64,000 nucleotides of DNA from assembly GCA_032718475.1 (NCBI GenBank), contig JAUCBJ010001654.1, positions 1 to 64,000 of the forward strand. Direction: 5' to 3'. How positions within the stretch are numbered: the stretch's first letter is position 1; every line of letters begins with the position of its first letter. The translations under genes were made by a program, and so were the position numbers. Below, one piece after another: positions 22,901 through 36,300 of the stretch. The notes below the pieces were generated by a model. The model saw only the letters and a program-made list of their open reading frames with translations, did no database searches and was not told where the DNA came from. This stretch comes from Nemertoderma westbladi. Taxonomy: Eukaryota > Animalia > Xenacoelomorpha.

Positions 22901-24465
22901 ACTTGTGTGTAAAATAGCACTTTACAGTGTGATGATCCGAGTGCTTTGTTACACGAACGAACATAGTGAGTGGGTGAATATAAAGCCACGAGGATCAGAA
23001 CACTGCAGAGCCGGATTAAGCATATGTGTAGATAATGTTACAACGTTGCTGTTAGCAGCTATAATCGTATCCCCACTATTAATTTCGTATTCTCATCACC
23101 GAACAATATTTCAGTTTCCATCATCATAATATCTAGCGCTTCATCTGCATTATACATTTTCCGTTTATGAGCCATAGTGGAGTAATGTTCAAACATATTA
23201 TGTGTAGTATGCACTATATTATTTTAATATGATTTCTATAAGATACTTGTTTGTGAACTATAAACTAACCAAAACTACAAGTCCTAAATAAACTGTTAAT
23301 CCCCACTTTCAGGTAACTTTCTGGACAAATGCAATTTTAAAAATCCCTCTACACCTCTACAACATCAATTTAACTATATGGCCAATAGGAATAAAGAACT
23401 AATTTATGTGGATGTGGGTTAACTGGTTTTTGCAAAATAGAAAACTTTGTTATTGCAATATATGGGTTAACGTTTTCTTCAATTTCTAGGCCTTTACGTT
23501 GTCGTATGGTCTCCAAAATTTACATGAACATACTTAATGGCATCTTACACCCCCTAGCGGTCATAACTCATTTTTGACCAAAATGTGGGTTAACTGGTTT
23601 TTGCATAACACCGTCCACGATGCTTAGCGTTTTACCAGAACGCACGCCATACTACTGGTTCAGTGACGGCAGACCCAGAAATATCATTCTACCTACAGAT
23701 TGAGTGATTAGATAGAGCCACGATATGTAAATAATACACATGTGTGATTGACCAAGGTGCAATAGTTACACAATGTCCTGGAATTTAGTGTCGTAATTAT
23801 ATAGTGACAAGAAACTCCCCTACAAATCGCAATTGGCTGGAATTTGAACCAGAGATAGTTTGACCTCTGCGACCACTTACTGGGTGAGTCAGAATTTTTA
23901 TTTTTACTTTGATTCCGCCTTTGATTGCACCAGTCGCACCGTAGTTATTCTGCAACCTTCAACCTTACTGTAGAGTTTTAGTTTATAACTTTTACAAAAA
24001 CCTTTGACTTTTAATGAGAAATAGCCGAGATATAAGAATCTAATAATCATAATATCTAATATTGCATGTTTTAGCTGGAGATCATTTATCATTTATTGGA
24101 ATACTTTAAAATAAGGGTAAAAAAATAAGGTTTTTTCATGACTACTGGCGCTTTCACTAAACATTTACAGTAAAAATCAAAAAAGGGTGTAGCTGAACTT
24201 GACATTTGATAACATCGGGACTTTTTATTTAAGATACACCCCAACGGGGTAAGAACATTTATTTTATTCATTAATTGTAGTAGAAACAGAATAAAAAAAG
24301 ATGAATATTATTATTATATTATTATAAGTACGGATTAGTGTTTATTGTGGTTTGTTTATAATTAATAATTTAAAAGTTGTTATAATATAAAACTTTATAA
24401 CATCGGCAGTTTACAAGAGCTGGTGGAAGTAAAACGTACTAAGGACGGACAGACGGACGGATGAG

Positions 24466-24950
24466 GAGTTAGTGAGGGAGACTGGAGTTCGGGTTTTAGT
24501 GAGGGAGACTGGAGTTCGGGTTTTGGAGTTAGTGAGGGAGACTGGAGTTCGGGTTTTAGTGAGGGAGACTGGAGTTCCGGTTTTGGAGTTAGTGAGGGAG
24601 ACTGGAGTTCGGGTTTTAGTGAGGGAGACTGGAGTTCGGGTTTTGGAGTTAGTGAGGGAGACTGGAGTTCGGGTTTTAGTGAGGGAGACTGGAGTTCGGG
24701 TTTTAGTGAGGAGTTAGTGAGAGAGACTGGAGTTCGGGTTTTAGTGAGGGAGACTGGAGTTCGGGTTTTAGTCAGGGAGACTGGAGTTTGGGTTTTAGTG
24801 AGGGAGACTGGAGTTCGTTTTAGTGAGGGAGACTGGAGTTCGGGTTTTGGAGTTAGTGAGGGAGACTGGAGTTCGGGTTTTAGTGAGGGAGACTGGAGTT
24901 CGGGTTTTTCCGAGCAGTTAGTGAGGGAGACTGAAGTTCGGGTTTTTCCC
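24466..24950. repeat. 27/33 bp minisatellite
   Basis: About 16 copies of agtgagggagactggagttcgggtttt(ggagtt). Confidence 0.95.
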
Positions 24951-26633
24951 TAGAGGAGTGTTTGGATGCGCAGTAATTTGAAGAACTTTTAATAATCAGA
25001 ATTTTAAAAACTGTAAATTCAAGTAGGCTTGAGTGTTTTGTATATCTGTCTGTTTGCTTGAACTTATAATTGGTACACTCATTCGATAATAGGGGCTAAA
25101 AATTAATTTACAAATTAAGATTTTAGAGGAATAGAAATTAGCTTAATTTCTTTATTTTCAAGATCCTACATATTAAAGTGGCCTGCACATCACATTGTAA
25201 TGTATTACATGATATGATACAGATTAGATTAGATTAATTTATTGACATTGACATAATAAAGATCATCCACGTGCGACTGGTAAACGACAATAAGTGACTC
25301 ACATGCGGCAATGCAGCGATAAATGAACAAGTGACAAGTATCAAGTGACAAGTAACAGCAAACAACATCAAATAATCGCAAACCAAACAAAAATCTGTAA
25401 AGGGGGGGGGGGGGGGGGGGGATTGGGCGCAATAAAAAATGATCCCTCTCCAGGGGAAATTATACGCTAATAACAGCTGATTGCTCTCAAAAATAAAATT
25501 ACAGTATTGTATTAGTTTATTGTTTTGGTTAAAATATCGTGCCACTGTAACCTGCTCCTTTCCTTAAATTGAGAGTTTAACATTGAGGCGGATATTAATT
25601 TCGCCAAGATAGGATTTGCGTCTTGTTTCCCCCTCCCTCTCCCCCCGTCTCAAACATATAGAATAAAACACAGACAAGCGGTAAACATAAAGGAAAACTC
25701 AGACAACGTGTAAAAACATAAAGGAAAACTCAGACAACATGTAAACATAAAGCTAACATTAACAAACAACAGCAGTAGGACTGATATTACGGATAACCAA
25801 TAATGATTTAAGCCATACATAGATTATCAGTATCGGTGTGATGAGCAATGATTGTAAAAGGAGCAAACCAGTCAATTTATAAGGCAGAGGAGATACCCGT
25901 CAGTATATAGTCAATTAAGTAATATAATACTTACTGTAATTTGTAAAAAACGCAATCAACAAGTAAAGTAAAATAAATTAATACAAATAAGTAATGTTCT
26001 TCGATAAGAGAAAAGTATCGAAAGAAGCATTTTTGTCACTAATTTTAATTGACAGAAATTCAATTATTCTGTCCAATGTGTTGAGTTTTGCACACGACCG
26101 GTCCAACAAGTTGACAGGTTTTTAGGACGAACGAGGCGAATTCTAGAATTCCGAGTGAAATTACAGTATGTAGTGATACAAGGAGTTCTTTCCGACAAGT
26201 TTTTTGAACAGAGACACTAATTTATCTCAAATTTTAACGATTTACTGGTATTGATTGATGCGTAATTTTAACTGCAGTAGGCCCATTGCAGTACCAGTAA
26301 TGGGAAATAGTTGTAATATATAATTGTCAATACGATGGTATTATTATGAATTATCATTAACTTGGTATATACAAATTGTCATATGATATATTATATAATT
26401 CAAGTAGTGTATGCATATTCTTAATTAATGACGAATTATTCAATTTCGATTAACAGAAATACACACGTTCGTGGGGCCTTCATAGACCCCCCCCCACCCC
26501 TATTAACCTCCGTCTTAATCTGCACCACCCCAACCCAAAGGCGCACACAGGATTGATGAAAGGCAGAGGTATTAACATACAATTTGTGTTTTAAAAGAAA
26601 TGGTCTTATATTTATTTTTAATATAACACAAAA

Positions 26634-28240
26634 TACTACTACTAGGATCGGCATGCTGCATTGCAGCTGCATTTTTAAGAATGCTGTGCCGGCTTGTCGA
26701 CAAAATTGCACCGCCACAACTCCCTATCACCAATGACATTTGCTAGATCATCCGCATCTTCAAGGCCAGTGTCCTTTAAGATGCGTCTCAAGAAAGTCAT
26801 GGGCTGTACACCATGCTTATTCACTCCATGAGGCTGCCAAAGTACAAGATTATGCACTGGCTGGTCCTCACGGCGAAAGCAATGTCCTGCAAAGCGGAGG
26901 CGATTTTGTTCTAGTGTCAAGCTTGGGGGAACCAATGAGACACCTCCAATGTTATATAGTGTCTGGTTGGAGATGTGTGCATTGTACTTGGCGAACCCGG
27001 CGTAGCATTCTTGTGAATGTGCCATCCAGAGATTTGGTGTCCTCAGCAGTTAGAGCCCAGCATGGACTCCTATAGAGGAGTACTGGAACTACTGCCGCTC
27101 TAAATAATCGGACCTTAAGTTTCCGATTAATTCTCGGCGACTTCCAAATCCTTGAAAGCCTATTCAAGACTGCCATGCCTTTCCCTTACGTATTCTAAGG
27201 TCCTCACCTGACTTCCGGATCCATGATCCCAGGTAACAGAAGTCATCCACATGCTCAAGCATACCATCCTTTGAACTTATGCTAATCCGATCAGAGACTT
27301 GCTGAGGACTTTCAAAGTTAACTGTCAAAATTTTGGTCTTTCTGGAGTTAATAAAAAGACCAACACTAGAAGCAGCATGTTCTAATGAGCTGAGGAGCCG
27401 TTGGGCCCCTCTAGTGATTCTGAAAGTACTCCTAAGTCATCAGCAAAGTCTAGATACTCTAAAGTCTAAATTAAGTCTAGAAAGTCTAGGTACTTGGCAC
27501 GATTTCCTCGACTTCTGGAGCCAGTAGGTGGAGTTATCATCACCCCATCATCATTATGATGATCTAAGGACATAGTAGAACATAGTCAACCACAATTATG
27601 AACAAGAATGGTGCAAGTGTGTCTCCCTGGAGGATGCCCCATGACACTTCAAATGGTTCTGTGTCTCCGTCAACAGTAGACACAAATGTTGTCGAACCAT
27701 CGTATACTGATCTGATTGCTGCAATAATTTCATCAGGAATCCCATATAATGAAAGTATGCTGAACATACGTGAGCGAGAGACTGAATCAAAGGCCTTGAA
27801 GAAGTCAACAAAGATAACAGCCAGATGCCTGTCTTTCTTTTTTGATAACTCTTCAATTATCCGTCTAACTGCCAAAATGGGCTCCATGGTCCCACGACCT
27901 TTACGGAACCCATTCTGATTTCCACGGAGCAGTCTCTCAATGGGATCCCTGATGCGATTTAATAGAATTCTATTGTATAGCTTTGCAGCAATCGAGATCA
28001 ATGAGATTCCCCGAAAAGAACCATAGAGTGTTAGGTTGCCCTTCTTGGGAACTGGCACCAACTTATTTGTTTTCATTTCTTGTGGAACTCTTGTTGTTCG
28101 GTACATGTCTACTATGATGGGATAGAAGAGCTTTTAACACTCGGGTATTTTAAAGACCTCAGGGGGAACACCATCCACTCCACTGGCACGATTGGTCGTA
28201 ATGCTCTTTGCAGCAGCCTTCACTTCTACAAAGGAGATAC
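26634..28240 (-). mobile_element. Decayed RTE-like non-LTR retrotransposon, RT domain to 3' tail
   Basis: Minus translations GVDGVPPEVFK, VPVPKKG, QNGFRKGRGT, VDFFKAFDSV, GILQGDTLAPFLFII, EYLDFADDL (~27435), RLRFAGHC and LWQPHG. Stops and frameshifts are present. (TAG)n tail at ~26634-26644. Confidence 0.9.
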
Positions 28241-28590
28241 ACTATAGCGGCCAAGAATGCAGTTAAGGCGGCATCTAGGTCCCTGAACAGGCAGTACTCA
28301 GTTAATTTACAGGAGCTAATAAACCAACAGGTTGATGCCATCAATGATGCTGACGACAGCAGGCAATCATCCCAGGCATGGAAATCGATCAACTTACTTA
28401 CTGGGCGGAAAAGCCAACCAACCACCAAGGAAGGTTAAGGCTGAATCACCAGCCGATCGCCTCAATAATGGTTGGAAGGCCCACTTTGAAAAGCTCCTCA
28501 ATAATGACAGGGTATTGCCTGATAACTTTATAGAAGTAAAAGTGTCTGAGTCTGTACTCCCAGATATTCCCATTGGCGATATCTCCTTTG
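28241..28590 (+). mobile_element. Inverted 5' piece of the same LINE
   Basis: Plus translation AWKSINLLTGRK...WKAHFEKLLN...PIGDISF joins the minus-strand SFVEVKAAAKS through an 11 bp duplicated breakpoint. Confidence 0.85.
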
Positions 28591-29444
28591 CAATAGAATA
28601 CAAATACAATTCGAAGCGATTCACAAATAAACAAGCAGCACAAATTTTTAGCAAAAATAATTAAAGATCGCATATTATTTAATTTATTCAACCAACAAAA
28701 AAAATCAATAAACTCATGTTACAGTATTGGTAACATGTTAAACTCATAAAGTAATATATTAAATGTTAAGCGTGGAGGCGACCCAATTTGTAAGAAATAT
28801 AAAACTTACCTTATGCCTGCCTATAGTATTGATACTGAGATATTAATTTATCATGTCAACACCTCAACAAAATTATTTAGCTAATTATTCTGAAGAATCA
28901 TGATTAAGAACTCGGCCAATCATTTTGTAAGCTAAACACAATAACCAAGCTGGCTTATTAGTCTGGCTCATTACAATGCTGCCTTTGAGTAGAGGTGGGG
29001 TGTGGTTGGACTGGTTCCCCTTCCAAGCTAGGCTAGGCATGCCAAGGAAAGAGGGAGCTATAGCTGGAGACGGGGCATTTTAATAACTTAATTACGTTTA
29101 GATCCATTAAAAACACATTTCTTAAAGCAATTATCTTGAACTAATTAAAATTTATAATGGAATGGGGTATGGGGAATACAGTTGTATAATTTTTAAGTAT
29201 AATTATTTAAGTCTTATACTATAAATAATTAATATCCTTTAAGAGGCAGGTTGAAAACTCTAATCAACTTATTTAACTAATTAACTGCTATTAATCTTAG
29301 CTTCTCGAAGGCCAATCAGAAATTCAACTTGTAAATTTCTAAACTTTTGCCAGACTACATGTGTACCAATTTTGGATAGATTTCATTACTATTTGGCTGC
29401 GTTATTAACGTTTAAAATTGAACATAACAGAACAACAGAACGAC

Positions 29445-29578
29445 AGACATACCGATTGAGTTAGTGGTACCCGTATGCTAAGCTCGCTTTCTTTCGTGGC
29501 TCGCCCCACAACAGACACACCGATTGAGTTAGTGGTACCCGTATGCTAAGCTCGCTTACTTTCGTGGCTCGCCCCACA
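29445..29578. repeat. Tandem duplication (~70 bp) of a Helentron/HINE-like terminus
   Basis: Two copies of acagac...ttagtggtacccgtatgctaagctcgctt..ttcgtggctcgccccaca. The family assignment is by resemblance only. Confidence 0.5.
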
Positions 29579-29930
29579 TATCCTTTTCAGCAGATTCCAC
29601 ATGAATGAAATGCGGTATTCAGCGCATCTTACTACATAAATCCACATCTGTCAATCATATCGTATCATATCAGATCAAATTTAATTGAAATATTAAGGAT
29701 TCGAATCTATGAAAATTTGCTGCTGCAACCAGGTCTCGAACTCTGTAAGTAATAGTACAGCACCTGTGCTCTCACCACTGAGCTAAAATGATGTACTTTC
29801 TGGTACTAAAATAGTGATTGAAAGACTTTCTGCCATTACTTTAGTGGTAGAAAATAATAAGTGCGCAAGGGCACTACTTTCTTACTTTTCTGTTTTCTAC
29901 AAAACTCTTGTCAACCTTTCTATCTGTCAA

Positions 29931-30022
29931 ATTTTCTGGCAACCAACACATGGAAAGCGTAGCCGTGGACGACCGGCTATATCATATATTATACCAACTT
30001 GAAAGGGGTACTGGACTTAAGA
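29931..30022 (+). mobile_element. Short fragment of an RTE-like LINE C-terminus
   Basis: IFWQPTHGKRSRGRPAISYI/QLERGTGL resembles LWQPHG...TFLRRILKDTGL in the 26.7 kb LINE. Confidence 0.6.
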
Positions 30023-30171
30023 GAGCTGAAAAGAGCTACTTTTTACACAATTGTGTAATTTTTTTTACTTTATACTTTATTTTTTTTACTTATACAAAAA
30101 CTAAATACCCATATCTACTCATTCATCTGCAGGTTGGTTATACCCATTCGAGTTTCGCATCTCCGGTATTG

Positions 30172-32442
30172 ATGGCGAGTGGTGCCAGCGTGTCAGCCCA
30201 TACCCCAACCTGCGCACTCGCGGCTACTACAAACACCGACACACAATGCAATGAGGATGATTCGACCTCCATCGCTTCTCAACCCACCGTTATAGTCTCC
30301 CGATATGGATGGGGGCGCCTTACTCCCAACTTCCTACAATTCGCCAACGATACGCGCTGGGCCCTCGTCATCCTGTCTATGATAGCCCTCGCCACAAACA
30401 TGGTTGTCAACACCCCCAGCATGTTCTCCACCTTGGAACGGCGGTTCCACTTCACTGCGGCGCAGACTGGCGCTCTTGTCGCCACCTACGATATATCGGT
30501 TACCTTGGCAATCCTCCCGGAGACTTACTATGGCGGACGGAAGAGTAAGCCTCTCGTCGTTGGGATCGGCACTCTTCTGGGCGCTGTGGGCTGCACGATG
30601 TATTATCTGCCGCATTTTGTTTCTGGTTACTACATTCCACCTAGTCAGAAGGAGATGCAATGGACACAGAGCCCCGATGCCTCCAAGCTAATCATTGGCA
30701 TTGCTAATGATTCCTTACTCCCGCCAATTGCAGCTGCTAACATTATACCACCCCCGATCTCAACCGCAGATATCGACTCGATTCAAGAAGAGAGTTTGTC
30801 AAGATATTTTTCTGTATTTGTCATCGCTACGGCACTCATTGGCATTGGAAATGCCCCACAGTATCCGCTGCACACGACCTATTTCTTTGAGAATTTGTCT
30901 TCCAGATTCGCCCCAATCTACCTCGGTATCTACTTCGCGATTACATTTATAGGCCCGGCTCTTGGCTTCACCTTGAGTGGAATCTTTCTTAAGCTGCCTG
31001 TAGACTTGAGGGATATGGGTCTGGACGATTCTGATCCTCGATTCATTGGGGCTTGGTGGTTGAATCACACTGTGGTTGCCGCTATCCTTTTCCTCTCATT
31101 CATTCCGGTTCTCGGGCTGCCAAACCGACTGCGTGGACGGCATTCCTTGTTGGAAGAAGGTGAGTTGGTAGAAGACGAAGAAACGAATGAGTCATTGGAC
31201 CATAAACCGACAGAATCCAAGGCTAAAAAGTCCCTGAGGATAATTGCCCGGGAGCTCTCCGGGGATGGCCCCCCTCCCAAGGAGCCGAGTCTCTCGGAGT
31301 TGCCGCGGTTGTTGATGCTGAATCTTTGCAACCCGGTTCTCGTCCTCATCACGATCGCCCGAACTATCGAGGTTTGGGGGATCAACTCGGTGCTTCCATT
31401 CATGGTCAAATACCTCGAACACCAATTCAACTTGACCCCAAGTACTTGTAGCTTTATAATAGGCGGGGTTATGTTCCCGTTAGCGTGCACCGGTCTGCTT
31501 GTGGGCGGCTGGATCGTGAAGTCCTTCAAACTCAATGTGCAACAGATGTTCCGCATGGTGATTATACTCAATGTGGTGTGCATGCCGTTGCACGCGTCCT
31601 TCCTGGTTACTTGTCGACAGCAGTCTTTCCCCGGGGTCACCTCCCCCTATCCCGCCGACATTCCCACCGCTTTCTCAGAGGGAGACAACGCCACACTCCA
31701 ACTCCCTGGTGAGATCGACCTGGTTAGAGGCTGCAACCGGCATCTGCACTGCAAGTTGGACGAATTCGACCCGGCTTGCGGCCTTGGCCACAACCTCTAT
31801 TCGCCGTGCATGGCGGGCTGCATCTCGGGTCGGCAGGAGTGCTACTGTCTGCAGGACACATCGGACTCTCGTAACATATCCTCCCTGACTGTGGAACCAG
31901 GATTCTGCCAACAGGGCTGCAACAAGGTCTATATATACTTCCCCATGCTCGCTATCCTAGTGTTTCTAGGTGTTATGAACGGGGTCCCGTACATGATGCT
32001 CTTTCTCAACGTGGTCCATCCCTCCCACAAACCAATGGGTATCGCTCTCGTTAGCACATTTATTCGTCTTCTCTCCAACATCCCGGCCCCTTTACTCTTC
32101 GGTAAACTAATCGACTCCACCTGCTCCCTGTGGTCCCCCAACGACTCGGTCCGCGGTTCCTCCTACTGTATCTGGTACGACACGTGGACTTTGAGTCTCT
32201 CGTTTTTCTGTATCACTCTGATCCCCGCTGTTTCCGCATTCTTCCTCCAGTTGGTCGCTTACCGACTCTACGCCAAATACGAGACGGTGGAGCGACGCAG
32301 ACGGAAGCGCCGTAGGTCGTCGTCCCGTTGCAGTGACGGGAGCAGACCGCCGCCCGAATCCACCGAAACCAAGAGATTGTCAAACATTCTGGAAGTTACC
32401 GATGATATTCAACGTTCAGAAACACGGGAGACCTTCGCCTAG
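30172..32442 (+). CDS. SLCO: Organic anion transporting polypeptide (OATP/SLC21, MFS fold), single coding exon
   Basis: STLERRF, YYGG, variant OATP signature DPRFIGAWW, KYLEHQF, Kazal-like loop C...FDPACG...YSPCMAGC, IPAPLLFGKLIDSTCSLW and about 12 hydrophobic segments. A pyrimidine tract with CAG acceptor at 30130-30132 precedes ATG 30172. Subfamily not assignable. Confidence 0.93.
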   Translation: MASGASVSAHTPTCALAATTNTDTQCNEDDSTSIASQPTVIVSRYGWGRLTPNFLQFANDTRWALVILSMIALATNMVVNTPSMFSTLERRFHFTAAQTGALVATYDISVTLAILPETYYGGRKSKPLVVGIGTLLGAVGCTMYYLPHFVSGYYIPPSQKEMQWTQSPDASKLIIGIANDSLLPPIAAANIIPPPISTADIDSIQEESLSRYFSVFVIATALIGIGNAPQYPLHTTYFFENLSSRFAPIYLGIYFAITFIGPALGFTLSGIFLKLPVDLRDMGLDDSDPRFIGAWWLNHTVVAAILFLSFIPVLGLPNRLRGRHSLLEEGELVEDEETNESLDHKPTESKAKKSLRIIARELSGDGPPPKEPSLSELPRLLMLNLCNPVLVLITIARTIEVWGINSVLPFMVKYLEHQFNLTPSTCSFIIGGVMFPLACTGLLVGGWIVKSFKLNVQQMFRMVIILNVVCMPLHASFLVTCRQQSFPGVTSPYPADIPTAFSEGDNATLQLPGEIDLVRGCNRHLHCKLDEFDPACGLGHNLYSPCMAGCISGRQECYCLQDTSDSRNISSLTVEPGFCQQGCNKVYIYFPMLAILVFLGVMNGVPYMMLFLNVVHPSHKPMGIALVSTFIRLLSNIPAPLLFGKLIDSTCSLWSPNDSVRGSSYCIWYDTWTLSLSFFCITLIPAVSAFFLQLVAYRLYAKYETVERRRRKRRRSSSRCSDGSRPPPESTETKRLSNILEVTDDIQRSETRETFA

Positions 32443-33329
32443 CCTTACGTCTTTATTATTTAGCAAATTTTAATTTTTTTTGTGCCATAATATTTATATA
32501 TCTGGTTTTGGTTTTGTATATCGTTTTTTTATATACAACATTTCCATATAATAATGGTGGCCTTTCTTATGTTCGAGTAAATTGGTTGTTACTTAGTTAA
32601 ATAGATTAGTTATAATGGCCGAATAAGTAAATAATAATTTCGTCTACGTACAGTCAGTAATAATAATAATTATGTGTATATATAGTTTGTAAATCGATAA
32701 ATTTATTATGGAATATATTTTTCGTATATGTTGCCATATATTATATCATTAGCAGATACTCACACAAATTTATTCATTATATATTTTTTTTAAACAAACA
32801 CCACTCCTCTTGCGCACAGTAGTTGAACTTTGCAGTAATTTTATATCATTCAGTAAAAGGTATTTTATTAATTTTTACCCGAAAAAGAATATCCCCAATA
32901 TTTGGGACTGTACAACACAGTATCAGTGCTATTATGGTATTTAGTTAGTTTAGCATTGAGGAAATAAAGAATAAAGATGATTTATAAATAGTTTTATTTT
33001 CGAGTAAGACTGTCTAGTTCTAGATTCTAAAATATTTTATTTTAAGGTAAATTTATTTATTTTGTGAACAGCGGGTTAATCTACCTGAGTGGTCGATGGT
33101 CTTGTCCCGCAAGAGTGTCCGCCTGTCCGTCAGACAGACACTGGGCAGACGGACTTTATTGTTTTTAACATTAATGATGCGCTCCCATTAATTCAATAAA
33201 AGTTTAGTCCTCCAAGTAAACTTGCCAGAAGTTTAGAAGTGCCAGAAGTACGGCAGCATGGTTTAGCAGAGCTAATGTCTATTCTACTAATAAAATCATT
33301 GTTTTTGGTGCAATGGGTGTTGTTACTCG

Positions 33330-36300
33330 GGAACATTGAACCCAAAGTTGTTTTCCGGTTGTTTTTCTCGAGAACATTGAACCCAACTTTGTTTTCCGGT
33401 TGTTTTTCTCGAGAACATTGAACCCAACTTTGTTTTTCTCGAGAACATTGAACCCAACTTTGTTTTCCGATTGTTTTTCTCGAGAACATTGAACCCAACT
33501 TTGTTTTCCGGTTGTTTTTCTCGAGAACATTGAACCCAACTTTGTTTTTCTCGAGAACATTGAACCCAACTTTGTTTTCCGATTGTTTTTCTCTAGAACA
33601 TTGAACCCAACTTTGTTTTCCGATTGTTTTTCTCGAGAACATTGAACCCAACTTTGTTTTCCGGTTGTTTTTCTCGAGAACATTGAACCCAACTTTGTTT
33701 TTCTCGAGAACATTGAACCCAACTTTGTTTTCCGATTGTTTTTCTCGAGAACATTGAACCCAACTTTGTTTTCCAGTTGTTTTTCTCGAACACTGAACCC
33801 AACGCTGTTTTCCAGTTGTTTTTCCCGAACATTGAACCCAACGTTGTTTTCCTGTTGTAATTACTCAAGAACATTGAACCCAACACCGTTTTTCTGTTGT
33901 TTATTACTTGGGAACATTGAACCCAAAGATGTTTTTCTTGAGAACATTGAACCCGAAGTTGTTTTCCGGTTGTTTTTCTCGAGAACATTGAACCCAACGT
34001 TGTTTTTCTCAAGAACATTGAACCCAACGTTGTTTTTCTCGAGAACATTGAACCCGAAGTTGTTTTCCAGTTGTTTTTCTCGAACACTGAACCCAACGCT
34101 GTTTTCCTGTTGTAATTACTCAAGAACATTGAACCCAACGTTGTTTTCCGGTTGTTTTTCTCAAGAACATTGAACCCAACACCGTTTTTCTGTTGTTTAT
34201 TACTTGGGAACATTGAACCCCACGTTGTTTTTCTCAAGAACATTGAACCCGAAGTTGTTTTCCGGTTGTTTTTCTCGAGAACATTGAACCCAACGTTGTT
34301 TTTCTCAAGAACATTGAACCCAAAGATGTTTTTCTTGAGAACATTGAACCCGAAGTTGTTTTCCGGTTGTTTTTCTCGAGAACATTGAACCCAACGTTGT
34401 TTTTCTCAAGAACATTGAACCCAACGTTGTTTTCCAGTTGTTTTTCTCAAGAACATTGAACCCAACGTTGTTTTTCTCAAGAACATTGAACCCAACGTTG
34501 TTTTTCTCGAGAACATTGAACCCAACTTTGTTTTCCGGTTGTTTTTCTCGAGAACATTGAACCCAACTTTGTTTTTCTCGAGAACATTGAACCCAACTTT
34601 GTTTTCCGATTGTTTTTCTCTAGAACATTGAACCCAACGTTGTTTTTCTCAAGAACATTGAACCCAACGCTGTTTTCCTGTTGTAATTACTCAAGAACAT
34701 TGAACCCAACACCGTTTTTCTGTTGTTTATTACTTGGGAACATTGAACCCAAAGTTGTTTTTCTCAAGAACATTGAACCCAACGTTGTTTTTCTCGAGAA
34801 CATTGAACCCAACTTTGTTTTCCGGTTGTTTTTCTCGAGAACATTGAACCCAACTTTGTTTTCCGATTGTTTTTCTCGAGAACATTGAACCCAACTTTGT
34901 TTTCCGATTGTTTTTCTCGAGAACATTGAACCCAACTTTGTTTTCCGATTGTTTTTCTCGAGAACATTGAACCCAACTTTGTTTTCCGATTGTTTTTCTC
35001 GAGAACATTGAACCCAACTTTGTTTTCCGGTTGTTTTTCTCGAGAACATTGAACCCAACTTTGTTTTTCTCGAGAACATTGAACCCAACTTTGTTTTCCG
35101 ATTGTTTTTCTCTAGAACATTGAACCCAACTTTGTTTTCCGATTGTTTTTCTCGAGAACATTGAACCCAACTTTGTTTTCCGGTTGTTTTTCTCGAGAAC
35201 ATTGAACCCAACTTTGTTTTTCTCGAGAACATTGAACCCAACTTTGTTTTCCGATTGTTTTTCTCTAGAACATTGAACCCAACTTTGTTTTCCAGTTGTT
35301 TTTCTCGAACATTGAACCCAACGCTGTTTTCCTGTTGTAATTACTCAAGAACATTGAACCCAACACCGTTTTTCTGTTGTTTATTACTTGGGAACATTGA
35401 ACCCAAAGATGTTTTTCTTGAGAACATTGAACCCGAAGTTGTTTTCCGGTTGTTTTTCTCGAGAACATTGAACCCAACGTTGTTTTTCTCAAGAACATTG
35501 AACCCAACGTTGTTTTTATCGAGAACATTGAACCCGAAGTTGTTTTCCAGTTGTTTTTCTCGAACACTGAACCCAACGCTGTTTTCCTGTTGTAATTACT
35601 CAAGAACATTGAACCCAACGTTGTTTTCCGGTTGTTTTTCTCAAGAACATTGAACCCAACACCGTTTTTCTGTTGTTTATTACTTGGGAACATTGAACCC
35701 AACGTTGTTTTTCTCAAGAACATTGAACCCGAAGTTGTTTTCCGGTTGTTTTTCTCGAGAACATTGAACCCAACGTTGTTTTTCTCAAGAACATTGAACC
35801 CAAAGATGTTTTTCTTGAGAACATTGAACCCGAAGTTGTTTTCCGGTTGTTTTTCTCGAGAACATTGAACCCAACGTTGTTTTTCTCAAGAACATTGAAC
35901 CCAACGTTGTTTTCCAGTTGTTTTTCTCAAGAACATTGAACCCAACGTTGTTTTTCTCAAGAACATTGAACCCAACGTTGTTTTTCTCGAGAACATTGAA
36001 CCCAACTTTGTTTTCCGGTTGTTTTTCTCGAGAACATTGAACCCAACTTTGTTTTTCTCGAGAACATTGAACCCAACTTTGTTTTCCGATTGTTTTTCTC
36101 TAGAACATTGAACCCAACGTTGTTTTTCTCAAGAACATTGAACCCAACACTGTTTTTTTGTTGTTTATTACATGAGAACATTGAACCCAAAGATGTTTTC
36201 CGATTGTTTTTCTCTAGAACATTGAACCCAACTTTGTTTTCCAGTTGTTTTTCTCGAACATTGAACCCAACGCTGTTTTCCTGTTGTAATTACTCAAGAA

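Noticed and set aside
24472-24953. VRETGVRVL repeat protein
   Set aside because: Minisatellite with unit lengths divisible by three and no coding context.
29908-30171. N-terminal extension of the SLCO ORF
   Set aside because: It has a non-ATG start and passes through a LINE fragment and a T-rich tract ending in a CAG acceptor, so it is probably intronic up to 30132.
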